This document shows, one piece after another, positions 25,901-36,269 of a stretch of 64,000 bases of DNA. Each line of letters begins with the position of its first letter. Within the stretch, counting starts at the first letter, position 1. This stretch comes from Selaginella moellendorffii (Eukaryota; Plantae; Lycopodiophyta). Where the stretch lies: assembly GCF_000143415.4 (NCBI RefSeq), contig NW_003314267.1, positions 1,438,100 through 1,502,099 of the forward strand, in the 5' to 3' direction. Under the pieces are notes generated by a model. It was not told the DNA's origin. It ran no database searches and worked only from the letters and a program-made list of their open reading frames with translations. A program made the translations under genes and the position numbers.

Positions 25901-26367
25901 CCGACGACTTCAACAAGGCGATCTCACTAACTTACGTGGATATGAACGAAAAGATCGAAGTTTCCGGCAGAGAAACCACGAACAGTCGATGGGTTTCCTA
26001 TAGTGACACTATGAAGCGGGCGCTCAAGATGATATGGGGAGCTGGCGAGGCCAAGTTCAAGGTTTTGCAGCTAAGGGAAGAAGAAGGGAGCAAGCAGAGC
26101 TACCTGGTGATTAGACGGCCGCATTGCATGCTGGAGTGGAAGCGCTACTACTTGAAAAGGATGGAGATCAAGATCGCGTTCACCTCCCCGGCGGCCGGCA
26201 TCAAAATATCCGAGGAGAATCCGCAAATTTGCCAGCTGATCGATAACGGCGGCGCGGAGGCCTGCAAGATCCGATTCAAGAACGCGTTCGAGAGAGACCT
26301 GGCGGTGCTTACCTTCCGGCATTTCTTGCGCGCCTGTGAGAAGGGGAAGCGCTCGCGACGACGATGA
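22942..26367 (+). CDS. Intronless tandem kinase: helical-bundle (DUF1221/MLKL-like) + TKL kinase + helical-bundle + pseudokinase + Ig/PH-like C-terminal domain
   Basis: Kinase 1 is intact (GAGAFG, VAVK, HRDLKPSN, DFG, APE, DVYSFG). Kinase 2 lacks the HRD/DFG consensus. Each kinase is preceded by an NxHQCxxLQSRC..W motif domain. Confidence 0.9.
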   Translation: MEMAQELLDGPLHEIKETSKYDFHFNTHQCQYLQSRCSVVEEYVRLWQSCSELEPLPLAMEELRCMLSRALQLLKQCQHEEWLYHAAVRLTDSRAFAEICWCLSRLTALVNAHMIHSAMDIRSPNVQCLMAMPYKRKHIENLRSAMEDLSPCTSRDRKELFVRANSIGETDGRYGLAQYLVEKLLSSGGGALPTIQALELKTLIGAGAFGSVYKAEWLGAPVAVKEFRSGDASFDKEVNILKELISEPHPSVLQMIGYYQKDEKAYLVMELMERDLANVIRKTQGSLQLLTSIDIMLQIASGMSYLHQKNVVHRDLKPSNILVKTPNHACATCSNVRLTDFGVSKSNFISFAPDLSYQRGTIQYMAPEMLRGQKYSREVDVYSFGITCFQILTGTLPFQDDGKQLVADKLVETIEDGNRPDLPTGCPLELVALLNRCWNRNPKDRPTFEHISRMLWSLKERLLGGHNLESSFTGSEMSSCNAAEELTLAAGDMICQISVAAPFTNFHQCYFLQSRCKQISSYREFPNKLRLRSWFAVQIKLVTTLRTALSLLESYSEERWLHTAVLKEHNPWAFRKALEDINRCETTLRAINPGNHSDNVMTFPAVPEQYAEDDKKRMAESIKGLLDASDGVTVKFAEYLVQKAAFDSVLPCIDPQEIVLLNFIGMSNHGTIFEARWLDVPVMVKALGTGNEAEKLLKELDKRHAELINRPHPNVVQVIGYTRHGENLFVVSERVSGGHFRVTKFPLVLTIEILLQVAQGVAYLHEHNCELSDLNTLLVDFEKGHFDEFTGGITVKVHAQSNLRKRDGPNSLSTLAGRLKHPFHFPHVPDADCGKIDAYKFGIACVEMITGQTIGEEILLSGKLPQLPHDCTGIKAVIEKCLSSQPPGFHQIVELLQSAQLRLEIPPTSDIDYRRMLLDSSAQTGLKLDITGDAVIGGKLIAVGNVENVGNRLYQWIRQHKDGTIERLRPFLVTELDSGTLEYDLTADDFNKAISLTYVDMNEKIEVSGRETTNSRWVSYSDTMKRALKMIWGAGEAKFKVLQLREEEGSKQSYLVIRRPHCMLEWKRYYLKRMEIKIAFTSPAAGIKISEENPQICQLIDNGGAEACKIRFKNAFERDLAVLTFRHFLRACEKGKRSRRR

Positions 26368-26644
26368 CATCCAAAATGCTGTGAGTCAACGGCGCGCGCC
26401 GGTGATTTCTTGCTGGAAATCGAAGTAGAAATGAAGAACCCTATATGTACAAAAGAGAAAGGTGCAAGTTTCGAACCGGCGACTTTTGCTAAAGTGGCAG
26501 GTTTTTCATATTTCCCGCCCTTGGGAAGCTAGTATTTCGTGAGCGAGTTTGTTGGTCTCGGGATCGGGTAGTTTTAGAATTTTTTCTTCGTTGTGGGCAG
26601 CAGAAGACTTAAACGATGGATGCATCCATTAAAAACCATGATGA

Positions 26645-26790
26645 GAAGCTGACGGCAAATTCCGATATTTTTCTACCTGTAGGTTCATGGCCTCCAGTCG
26701 AAACCACCAAGCTCCAGCTTTACCATGGCACATGAAAACGCACCTGGATAAAAAAAAGGAAAACACTCGTTAGGAGAGAAATACCTAGAA
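26645..26790 (-). pseudogene. Degenerate copy of Whirly exon 2 / intron 1
   Basis: aagctgacggc..ccgata..acctgtag..ccaccaagctccagcttt..cctggataaaaaa..cactcgt matches 22478-22645. Confidence 0.75.
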
Positions 26791-27419
26791 TAAAAGAGAT
26801 AGTACCCTCAGGAGCAGGGAATAAATTTCAGGAAAATAGGGATTTTTTTCTGACATTTATCACTTGAACTATAAGTGTCAAATGACATTATCATAGAAAC
26901 TTCATATAATGTTTGCTTAATGCCTTGTTCTTGAAGCCACACCCAAAAAAGATTGTGACCATTAAATTGTTAATCCTCCCATATGTGCATCCAATGTCTT
27001 CAATCAAAAATGGGTCAACCTAGAGAGTCTAGGTTTTCTGGCACATATTTTTACATGGTATATAGATTATCTTGTGTAAGGAAAACCTCTTCATATCCAA
27101 CCATTCTAGGTCACAGCTTATCTTGAAAATCCTGCTAACATGGGGGAGCAAGGAGTGGGAGAAATTGGGATTGAGCAAGAGTATGGAAGAAATCAAGTGG
27201 AGTGTAGAGGAAGGAGTGGAACACCAAAGTGCATAGTTTTATACTTCTCAATTTGCATTTGCACTAGAAGACTATACTCCCTTAACTAAACTTTCTATTG
27301 GCATCTGGCATACATATTCCTTTTTTAGAATATTATTTATGAACATACTTGTGATCTAACAGTTAAAATTTTAGAACTTCAACTTTATAATGACACTCCA
27401 ATCCAAAATGAATTTTCTT

Positions 27420-27422
<3 letters not shown>

Positions 27423-27451
<29 letters not shown>
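27423..27451. repeat. (CT)n microsatellite
   Basis: About 14 TC units. Confidence 0.9.
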
Positions 27452-27454
<3 letters not shown>

Positions 27455-29154
27455 TGTGTGGAGCGAGTTCCATGCCCCTGTATGTGTCGAGAAATCTGTC
27501 CCTGCTCAACTGGGCACTGATCCCCTGTGTCTCTGTTTTACAGCAGAAAGCGGGAGGTAGCCGGCACAAAGGTGACGCCGTCGGGGGCATTTGGCAAGAA
27601 GATGACCATGGACGACCTGGATCATAAATACGAGGATGATTGTGTCTTTTAGGGCAGGAGAGAGCAACAGTCGACGACAACAGCAGGAAGACAAAATCTT
27701 TATCTCTGGATCTCGCACTGGTGTAATGAACGCAAGGTGACGGGCATTAGCAAACGGCTACTTTCAAATTGCATATGCAAGTGAACAGGAATTGAACAAG
27801 TGAACAATTTTCTGCTTTGTCTAATCACACTGAAGCATCGGTTGCTGATATTAATGGAATACTTGCATGCTCTGAAAACTCCAAGCTTTAATTGGCCGCA
27901 CTGCTTTAATCTGTATCTGCACCATTAGCGTGGTGATGGAATATTCCAGCCGAAATATTTTCTAGGTATTTCTAGAATTGTTCCAGAGCGTGAGACACGT
28001 CAGCGACTCGATACTATAAAATTTAGTTTGTTTGCAGTTATCATCTCTTGAAGGAAATGCTCGCGATAACAGCTTTTGCATGGACTCCACAAAGATCACC
28101 AAGACTGGAATAGTGTCCTCCGTTCAAAGCCACACATGAAAACCTCACACTGACCTTTTGAGAAAGGAGCACCTAACATACCACCACCACCTCTTCAATC
28201 TTTAGACTTGGCCTGTTGGTTATGAGCATCTCACCTTACAAAGCAGTGTTTTTTACTTGTAAGAATTAGATATTTGTTTTGTTTTTTAAGTTGTACAACC
28301 TTTTTTTTTGGAAATGCTGCCAGACATTCTTTGTCTTCCTTAGTAACTATGTTAGCAAATGTTGTGACTTAGTTACGAGGCAATGCAGATAAGGAAAGTC
28401 ATTTGACAGTGTTTGAAAGCCATTGAAACCATTTCAGCTGAATTCACTTTCATCTCTTTTTTTCAAGAAGAGTTCTATCTTGTTTGCTTTTCGAGTGCTT
28501 GGACCATATCACTGCCTTGCACAATACAAATTTATTTCACTGCTGATCATATGTTTAGAAGCTGCAGATTTCATTTTTCTTATACTCAAAACGTATGTGT
28601 CCATCTTTGCTGCTTATTTCTCCGATTGCATCGTTCTTCACTTGACCTAAAAAGGCCAAGTTGAAATGTTTATATCTACAATGTGATATTACTAGGGACA
28701 AGCAAAACTACAAACACCAACGTCTGAGTTCTTGGGACAAGCACAGTCTCGACTTGAGAATTTCCCAGCCACTAGAGCTGTTTGACTTTCTCGGTTTGAT
28801 CCTGTAAGAAGATCCGATTTTGAGTTTAATTATGTGATAGATCTTTTGGGTATGAGGTCTCTTGCAAATTGGATTTTGTATTGTGGGGTTTTAGAGACTG
28901 CCACGTCCATAGTGCGCACACAATGGCAACTTTGAATTGGGAGGAAAGTTCGGGATTGTATTTTTGAACTTGGGGTTAGAGCAGAGAAGGAGTTTATTGA
29001 AGTGGAGGCTAGAAACAGTTGGTGAGTATGTTATTGCTATTTCTGTGCCACAAGATTGCTGCTGTTGCCATAGATTTCTTGAAGGCAATGACATAGAAGC
29101 AATGTAAGTCATTTGATCTTGGTTGTTTGTATCTTTTGTTAGATCTTTCACTTT

Positions 29155-29420
29155 CAGAGGACCGCCTCCATCTCCTGGTGCCGACCACGCTGCAGCGGTC
29201 TATGCTGGTCATTACCTGTGCATATTCGGGGATGGCTCACATTCCAGTTGCTTCAGTGACTCGCATTTTGAACTTGAAAACGGTATGCTTGATGCATTTC
29301 TCCTTTGAACTTATGGATTGAAAACTCCAGACCAATTTGATCATGCAAACAGACTTCTTGTGCAGGCCATGCTAGCACAGCAATTGGTGATTTGTGCAAC
29401 AATTTTGGTGGATGGCATTT
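29155..29420 (+). pseudogene. Kelch-repeat fragments (ACBP4/5-like)
   Basis: GPPPSPGADHAAAVYAGHYLCIFGDGSHSSCFSD and CAGHASTAIGD..FGG resemble kelch blades of plant acyl-CoA-binding proteins. Confidence 0.6.
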
Positions 29421-29619
29421 ATGTATGTTCCAACTTTTCATGTATCATGATCAGTACCATGGATTTCGGAAATGATTGTGAAAACGCACTTGTAACCTCT
29501 GTGCTAGCATGGACGTCTATCACGATATCTTCATCTTCTATTTCACAACACATTATATACATCATTTGTTTTCTCGGGATTGAGACATGTCTCCATGAAC
29601 TCCAAAAAAATAATAAACA

Positions 29620-30083
29620 ACTGATGGCACTCACGTCAGTGAGCCGTATCCCACACTGACACATAAATCTCCGTCACTTCTATTGTCTTGACAAGGTTAA
29701 TTGACTTGGTGAAGATGGAAATGGTGCAAGAACTGTTGGACGGACCGCTGCATGAGATCAAAGAAACCAGTAAGTAGGATTTCCACTTCAACACCCATCA
29801 GTGCCAGTACCTGCAAAGCCGATGCTCCATGGTTGAAGAATATGTGCGGCTTTGGCAGAGCTGCTCTGAGCTTGACCCACTTCCCCTGGCCATGGAGGAG
29901 CTCCATTGTATGCTGAACAGAGCCTTGCAGCTTCTCAAGCAGTGCCAGCATGAGAAATGGCTGTACCATGCTGCAGTCCGGCTCACTGATTCCAGAGCCT
30001 TTGTGGAGATTTGCTTGTGTCTGAGTAGATTAATGGCCTTGGTCAATGCTCACATGATTCATTGTGCCACAGATATTAGGAGT
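29620..30083 (+). pseudogene. Truncated duplicate of the 5' end of the tandem-kinase gene
   Basis: Near-identical to 22846-23310, with TAT->TAG stop at about 29776; truncated by LTR sequence at 30084. Confidence 0.9.
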
Positions 30084-30676
30084 AGTATTAGAGCCAGTTT
30101 AGCCAGGAATGCCAGTGTGACCAAGGAATGTTATACCCACGTGTTAGGTGATGATATAACCACTAAAGAGTCCAAAGCTAAAGTGAATACAGATAGACAA
30201 ATAAGGTAGTTTGGTGAAATGTTTAAAAATCAACTTTAGCTCCCTCGGTAGATTGAAGAGTTGATGCTCTCAATCTAAATGTGGGTGGCACTACTTACTT
30301 GGATATCTAGCGTGCCTCATTAGAATCTTGCTCTAGCCACATAGCTAGGGCATTTAAATGTGAAAAGTGGGGAGAGTACCTATGAAATTTGTGTAAGGCC
30401 ATAGTGTTTCGAAATGTTATCCCAAAGTCCCAAATTATGGAAAGGAAAAGGAACAATCCTCTAATGTAACGACAAAGGATATGGTCACATGGTGTGGAAG
30501 TCATAAAGGACAGTGGGACTTAATGGTCGGGCCTTTGAACCTTGATTTAGTGGCGGTGTTAGTAAGCATGGCCATGGATGAAGAAGGACTTAATGGCAAC
30601 AAAAGAAGGGACATTAGGGAAGGGTGTTCTCTATATTTCTAAGCATTTTAAAGGTGCTAAGGTGTGGTTAAGGGAT
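30084..30676 (+). mobile_element. LTR family A fragment (first part of an LTR interrupted by the chromovirus)
   Basis: Colinear with 35355-35945; the continuation lies inverted at 44660-44987. Confidence 0.75.
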
Positions 30677-30702
30677 TGTCAAGACTCGTAACAAGATCAA
30701 GA
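30677..30702 (-). mobile_element. Displaced terminal ~26 bp of the chromovirus 3' LTR
   Basis: Reverse complement tcttgatcttgttacgagtcttgaca matches the 5' LTR end ttttgatcttgttagggatcttgaca (46003-46028). Confidence 0.8.
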
Positions 30703-33176
30703 AAGCTCTATTTCGTTAAAGTGGGATTTATTCAGTAAAATGGGACTAGGTACAAATTTTCAAGTATTTGAAAATGACGTGAAATTATATGTTTTTTGTC
30801 CAGGGGCTAGACATATCTGGGGCATGGTGACTAGCGCGGTGACTTTGTGTCCAGAATGAGTCCATCTGGTTGTATAATAAATCTCATTGTCAAGGTGAAC
30901 AAGCCGAATCTGAAGCTAAAGAAGAGCGATGGCATGCGCGCACACACTATTTGTTTGTTCATTGAGCGTGTGGTGAGCTTTCCAAGATGAACGTCATTCC
31001 TATTAGCCAGACATATAACTTAATGGTGAGAACATTTAGATATTATTCAATGTTATCTTTTTCTAATGAATCTAATTGTGAAGGTGTAGCAAGAGGCATT
31101 GCTAGTCTGGAGAAGTCATTTAACTCATTTGACCCTTAGTGTATTTTCATGAAACTAAATAACATTCATATTATTAAGGAATTTCTCTAGTACCTTTTTT
31201 TTACGACATAGAGGCTTGCATTTCTTTCAAAGGTGATATAGTAAAAGGCCTGAGGGCACATGCCATTCTATTTCTCAGACCGGTATTAAGATATACTAGT
31301 GCAAAGGGCCACATGCCATCACGCCTCCTCTGATTCAGATTCGGATTGTTCACCTTGAAATAAAATACATTAGAAACTTAGTAAAGGAATATTAATGAAT
31401 CTCACCTTGAACCCGGGTTATGAATGCTCTTGCTGCATCTCTTGCATGGTCTGGCAAGGTGATGGTGGCACTTTGCTTCCGCATCCAACCATGCACAACA
31501 TTATCCACCGATATGCTCATGCTGGGATCCCTTGGATTCAGCACCCATCTCTTTTCTAGGCAATCCTTCGTATATCCGGAACTTGGCTTGAACCACTCCA
31601 CAGTTACATTGAAGGAGTTAGTTTCCGCGTCCTCCTCTGCATCAGTGATGCAGCGCCCCACCCATATCATTTGTTTTTTATTACTGGGTCTGACAAGCAC
31701 GACCATTCCTTTGCAGACCTGTACTGGATTGAATGCTGAATCCGGCTTCTTGTTCCTCGGCCCACAATAGTGATTCTCAACATCGTTATCTGTCACTGCA
31801 TTTCTAGAGGACATTGTTCTGCTACTATCTGGTGCTCTGGGTTTTGGCCAAAAGGACTCTTCCAATTCTTCATATACAACCGGCCCATTTTGGATAGTAG
31901 ATATAATCTTCTCCCAGTATTCGAGCAAAGGCTTGCACCTCTTAAAATAGGATTCTCCACCAAACACCAACCCCCTCTTCTAGAAGGCAATATGCTGTCT
32001 AATCCCGGCCACTATACTTTCCTGGTCTTTGAGTCCATCCGGGTGCATCAGCCGTGGGGAACCCTGAGGAATCATAGGTTCCCCAGTTATGGGATGTCTC
32101 TTGAAGAGTTCAATGCCATCCACTGGCAGCCACACTGTGTCCCATTCTCTCATCTTGTACCTCATCACTGGAGCACCGTCACGCATGCTGAAATGAAACT
32201 GAAGAGGCTTGGAGTGGCCAATCAGCGTTTCGGATCCGTCCCTGATGTAGCCTCTTACAAACCCCTTAAAGTCTGGAACCTCTGTCACAAGTGCAGCTTC
32301 AACAGTGCCTTTGATGCAATTTTGGAATTCATTGTAGAGTTGTGGGAGGGTGAGGACATTGGATCGCCGGAGGGACTCTGCCAGGTGACTGAACATGGCA
32401 TCGACGTCTTCATGAGTGTGCCCAACCATGAGAAAGCCAAGTGTAACCGTTTCAAATATGCCTTTGGCAACAAGCATCGCCAAGTACGCAAAGACGTACA
32501 TGTTTTTGTTCTCACTGCCAGCATTGTCTGTTTGGAGCAGAAGATGGGGTGGAAGGCCACATCGGCCGCAAGAACTTCCTTGAGATTCTGCTTCGTTTGG
32601 ATGAGGCTGTGCATTCACCGGGCGACCAGCCTCGTCGGAATGGCATGAGGCCTCACGTGATAACCCTACAATCTGACGGCCAACATATTCACTGGGATGG
32701 CATGGGGCCCCACGCGATACTGCAAGCCTTTGCTCCTCCTCCAGCTGAACCCTGTATGGGGTTCGATCGACAAGGGCCTTATGCAAGGGTTGGCCGTTCA
32801 GCTCAGTCTGCGCACTTTGCAGAGACCTTAAGTGTTTTGCTAGGGACGCAATCATCATGTTTGCACCCCCGCCACCCCATAGAGGTACAAAGAAGTTCCC
32901 ATAGTTCTGGGCACCATGCCCATGAGCGATTATGCCAAACAGAGACACAGGCAGCTGCATGGATGAAGAGATTGCCTTGGGGGCAGGATTGAGTCGAGGT
33001 AAGCACGTCTTTTTCTGGTCCATTTTGTCGTGGATGATGCAGAGGTAAGAGTCAGGTCTCTCCATGGAGAGAATCCTGTTATGATAATATGCAGTCCTGC
33101 AGCTTCTCTGCTCGATGTTGTGGTCGAGCCGCCTTCTAACCAACATCTCTCGCTCTTGAGCGCTGCAGTCAACAAC
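30703..33176 (-). mobile_element. Sola-like TIR DNA transposon, 3' half (TIR at 30703-30726)
   Basis: TIR AAGCTCTATTTCGTTAAAGTGGGA preceded by TSD AAGA; contains the transposase C-half. Confidence 0.8.
31392..33176 (-). pseudogene. DDE transposase C-terminal half (GHTHEDxD family), one premature stop at about 31980
   Basis: IIHDKMDQKKT, LLLQTDNAGSENKN, FLMVGHTHEDVDAMFS; C-terminal SH3/Tudor-like beta domain. Confidence 0.85.
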
Positions 33177-36100
33177 TTGGAGGTCTAGAAGACCAAGTAC
33201 CTCTTGGCAACTCTGTTAAGGTGCCAAGGTGAGATCACTAGGTGATCTTATGGCCAGATAAGGACAAGGTCCTTGGTTGGCTAAGGAATGAAGTCCCTGG
33301 TTCAAAATGTTGAAATTGAACTGTTTAAGATGGTGTGGCTTGGTCGTGATGACCAAGTGGGAAGAGCACCTAAGGGAAATAAACTATGTCTGTCCGATGG
33401 CATAGTGAGTCTGAGGAAAGTAGTCTCTATAAAAAACCCATGGGAGGGTCACGAAGTTGGGCCATGGATAGAGCCCATAGCAGAATATGCTAAAGAGACA
33501 TACTAGGGGTGAACATCCTCCGGACTTGGCAAAGAAGAGTCTTTGCTATGGAACCAAAAGTATACCTCAAAAATGGAGGTAGTGATCCGATGTTGCTGAG
33601 TGCAACAATCAAGGATAGGAGCAAAGGACTAGTGGCCAAAGTTTGGGCCATGGAATTTTATGGAAGGGATCCAAATGGCAAAGTTAGCCAAGGAACACTA
33701 ATGTGTTCGATGCTAACAGCTTGTGGGAAAGGAAGCGGACTTTCAAGGATGGATTCCTAAGTGCTCCAATTTGGCGAAGTAAAGGCTCCAAGTGAGGGAG
33801 CGGTAAGGTAGCCAAATGATAGGGCCATGGACAGCCCTAGCACAAAGTATGATAAATGGAACTTAGTGCCCAAGGTGGCACGAAATAGAAGAGAGGATGA
33901 TGGTGCCCTCAAGTAATGAACTTCCTAGGATAGGGAAGTGGAGTTGCACAATCTGTGCAATGCAAGGTGTTGGAGACACCTAGGAAATTGACTTCCAAAA
34001 AGTCAAAAGAGTAAAAGTTCCAAGGTGCAAACATTCAATAGATGGAAATTGAGACTACTCGAGAAGGAGTAGTGGGATTGACTTAGAGAAGGGTCTCTAA
34101 GAGGTTTAGCGAGAACTAAACCAATAAAAGGAGAGAACCATTACATGTGGTCCAATCAGTCTCTAAGTTGGAGAGACTACGCTCCTTAAAGGATGGACAA
34201 GGCATGGTGAGCCTTTGGTGTCAAACCATAGACAAAGATTGGCTAAGTGCTAAGGATGGAAATGGTAACACGTGTGGGTGTTACTTTATGAAAGGGTTTA
34301 CCGTTCGATGAGGACATCGAACTTCGTCTATGGGTGGTGGAGTTGTGAGACACAAAATCCCTAGGCCCCAAAGTGGAGCCGGAAAGGGTGCCACATGGTA
34401 GTGGCTGAAGCGAGAGCCAAACGAGCGTAACACGTTTGGACCAAAAGCTCCGACTTGAAAAGTCAAGAGCGGGAGTGGAACTCCCAAAGAAGTGCTCGAG
34501 GAACGAGCACGAAGCGAGCAAAAAGCGAGGCTCCAAAAAGGGACCCAAAAGGACCAACACATGACACGTGGGAGAGTCCGAGATGGAGTCCGAAGTGGAG
34601 TCCGAGGTGGACCCGAGATGGACCCGAGATGGAGTCCGAAGCGGAGTCCGAGGTGGACCCGAGATGGACCCGAGTTGGAGTCCGAAGTGGAGTCCGAGAT
34701 GGACTCGAGTTGGAGTCCGAAGTGGAGTCCGAGATGGACCCGAGTTGGAGTCCGAAGTGGAGTCCGAGATGGACCCGAGTTGAAGTCCGAAGTGGAGTCC
34801 GAGATGGACCCGAGATGGAGTCCGAGATGGAGTCCGAAGTGGAGTCCGAGGTGGACCCGAGATGGACCCGAGATGGAGTCCGAAGTGGAGTCCGAGGTGG
34901 ACCCGAGATGGACCCGAGTTGGAGTCCGAAGTGGAGTCCGAGATGGACCCGAGATGGAGTCCGAGATGGAGTCCAAGATGGAGTCCGAGGTGGACCCGAG
35001 ATGGACCCAAAATAGAGTCCGAGATGGAGTCCGAGATGGAGCCCGAGATGGACCCGAGATGGACCCGAGATGGAGTCCGAGATGGAGTCCGAGATGGAGT
35101 CCGAGATGGAGTCCGAAGTCGAGACCGAGACCGGGACCGAGACCGAGACCGAGACCGAGATCGGGACCGAGACCGAGACCGAGGCCGAGGCCGTGACCGA
35201 GCCCGAGTCCGAGTCCGAATCCGAGTCCGAGTCCGAGTCCGAGTCCGAGTCCGAGTCCGAGTTCGGAGCCTGAGAGGGTGAAAGCCCAAAGCGTTCGTCT
35301 CCCAGACCCTGGGGGGTTTGGTGAGCTCCAAAAGTATAGTAAGGGGGAGGACTGCAGTGGAGCCAGTTTGGCCAGGAAAGGCCAGTTTGGCCCAGGAAGG
35401 CCAGACCCAGTGTTGGGTGATGAACTGACCACTGGGAAGTCCAAGACTAGAGTGAATACGGACCGACAAGCGGGGTAGCTTGGTGAAGTGTTCAAGAGCC
35501 GGCTCTAGTTCCCCCGGGAGATCGACTGGCCGATGCTCCCAATCCAAGTGTGGGTGGCACTACCTACTTGGATACCAGACGTGGCTCAACGGAACCTCGC
35601 TCTAAGCCCATGGCTAGAGCACCTAAAGGCGAAAGGCGGGGAGAGTACCCAGGTGGCTCGCGTAAGGCCACGGTGTTCCGAAATGTTGCCCCAAAGGCCT
35701 AGACTGTGGAAAGGAAGAGGAGCAGTCCTCTGGGGTAGTGACCAAGGACATAGTCGTGTGGTGAGGAAGTCCCAGAGGACCATGGGACTTAGTGGTCGGG
35801 CCTGTGGGCCTCGATCCAGTGGCAGTGTTGGCAAACACGGCCAGGGGCAGAAAGGCACTTGGTAGGAACTGACAAAGGGACTTTGGGGAAGGCGATTCCC
35901 CAGGTCTGTGGGCATCCTAAGGATGCTAAGGAGTGGATCTAGGATGACCACTCATGGACAGATGGCCCAGTCTTGGAGAGACGGGATGGTGATGCAAGTG
36001 GTATTGGACCACTAGTGCAGCAAAGGTGAATGGGCATGGCCTTAGCGTAACGGGCCGAGATGTCAATGGTACCTTTAGGTGTCGGTCTTGGGACCGGACA

Positions 36101-36269
36101 CGTGGAGCACTTGGACCAGGTGCAAGTGTTGAGTGGCATCGATGCCATTCTTGGGGCTAGCAAGTCCCAAGTCCTGAATTTAATTGATGGAGGTTGTGAA
36201 TGAGACTCCTCCAAGTGGTCAGAGGTGTGGTTAAGTGACTAAAGTAAAATGGAAAATTTAGTCGCTTAG
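33177..36269 (+). mobile_element. Non-autonomous LTR element family A: internal 3' part + 3' LTR (about 34264-36269)
   Basis: The LTR end at 36180-36269 is the reverse complement of the PBS-adjacent LTR at 63739+. No intact ORFs. Confidence 0.7.
34572..35266. repeat. Minisatellite of CCGAGATGGAGT / CCGAGATGGAC units grading into (GAGACC)n and (GAGTCC)n
   Basis: About 700 bp of 10-12-bp and 6-bp units. Confidence 0.95.

Noticed and set aside
31770-32648. 292-aa plus-strand ORF
   Set aside because: Antisense shadow of the transposase.
34572-35266. Possible CRISPR-like array
   Set aside because: No unique spacers; simple tandem repeat in eukaryotic DNA.
34243-35547. 400+ aa SR/RT-rich ORFs on both strands
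   Set aside because: Artefacts of a stop-free minisatellite within an LTR.
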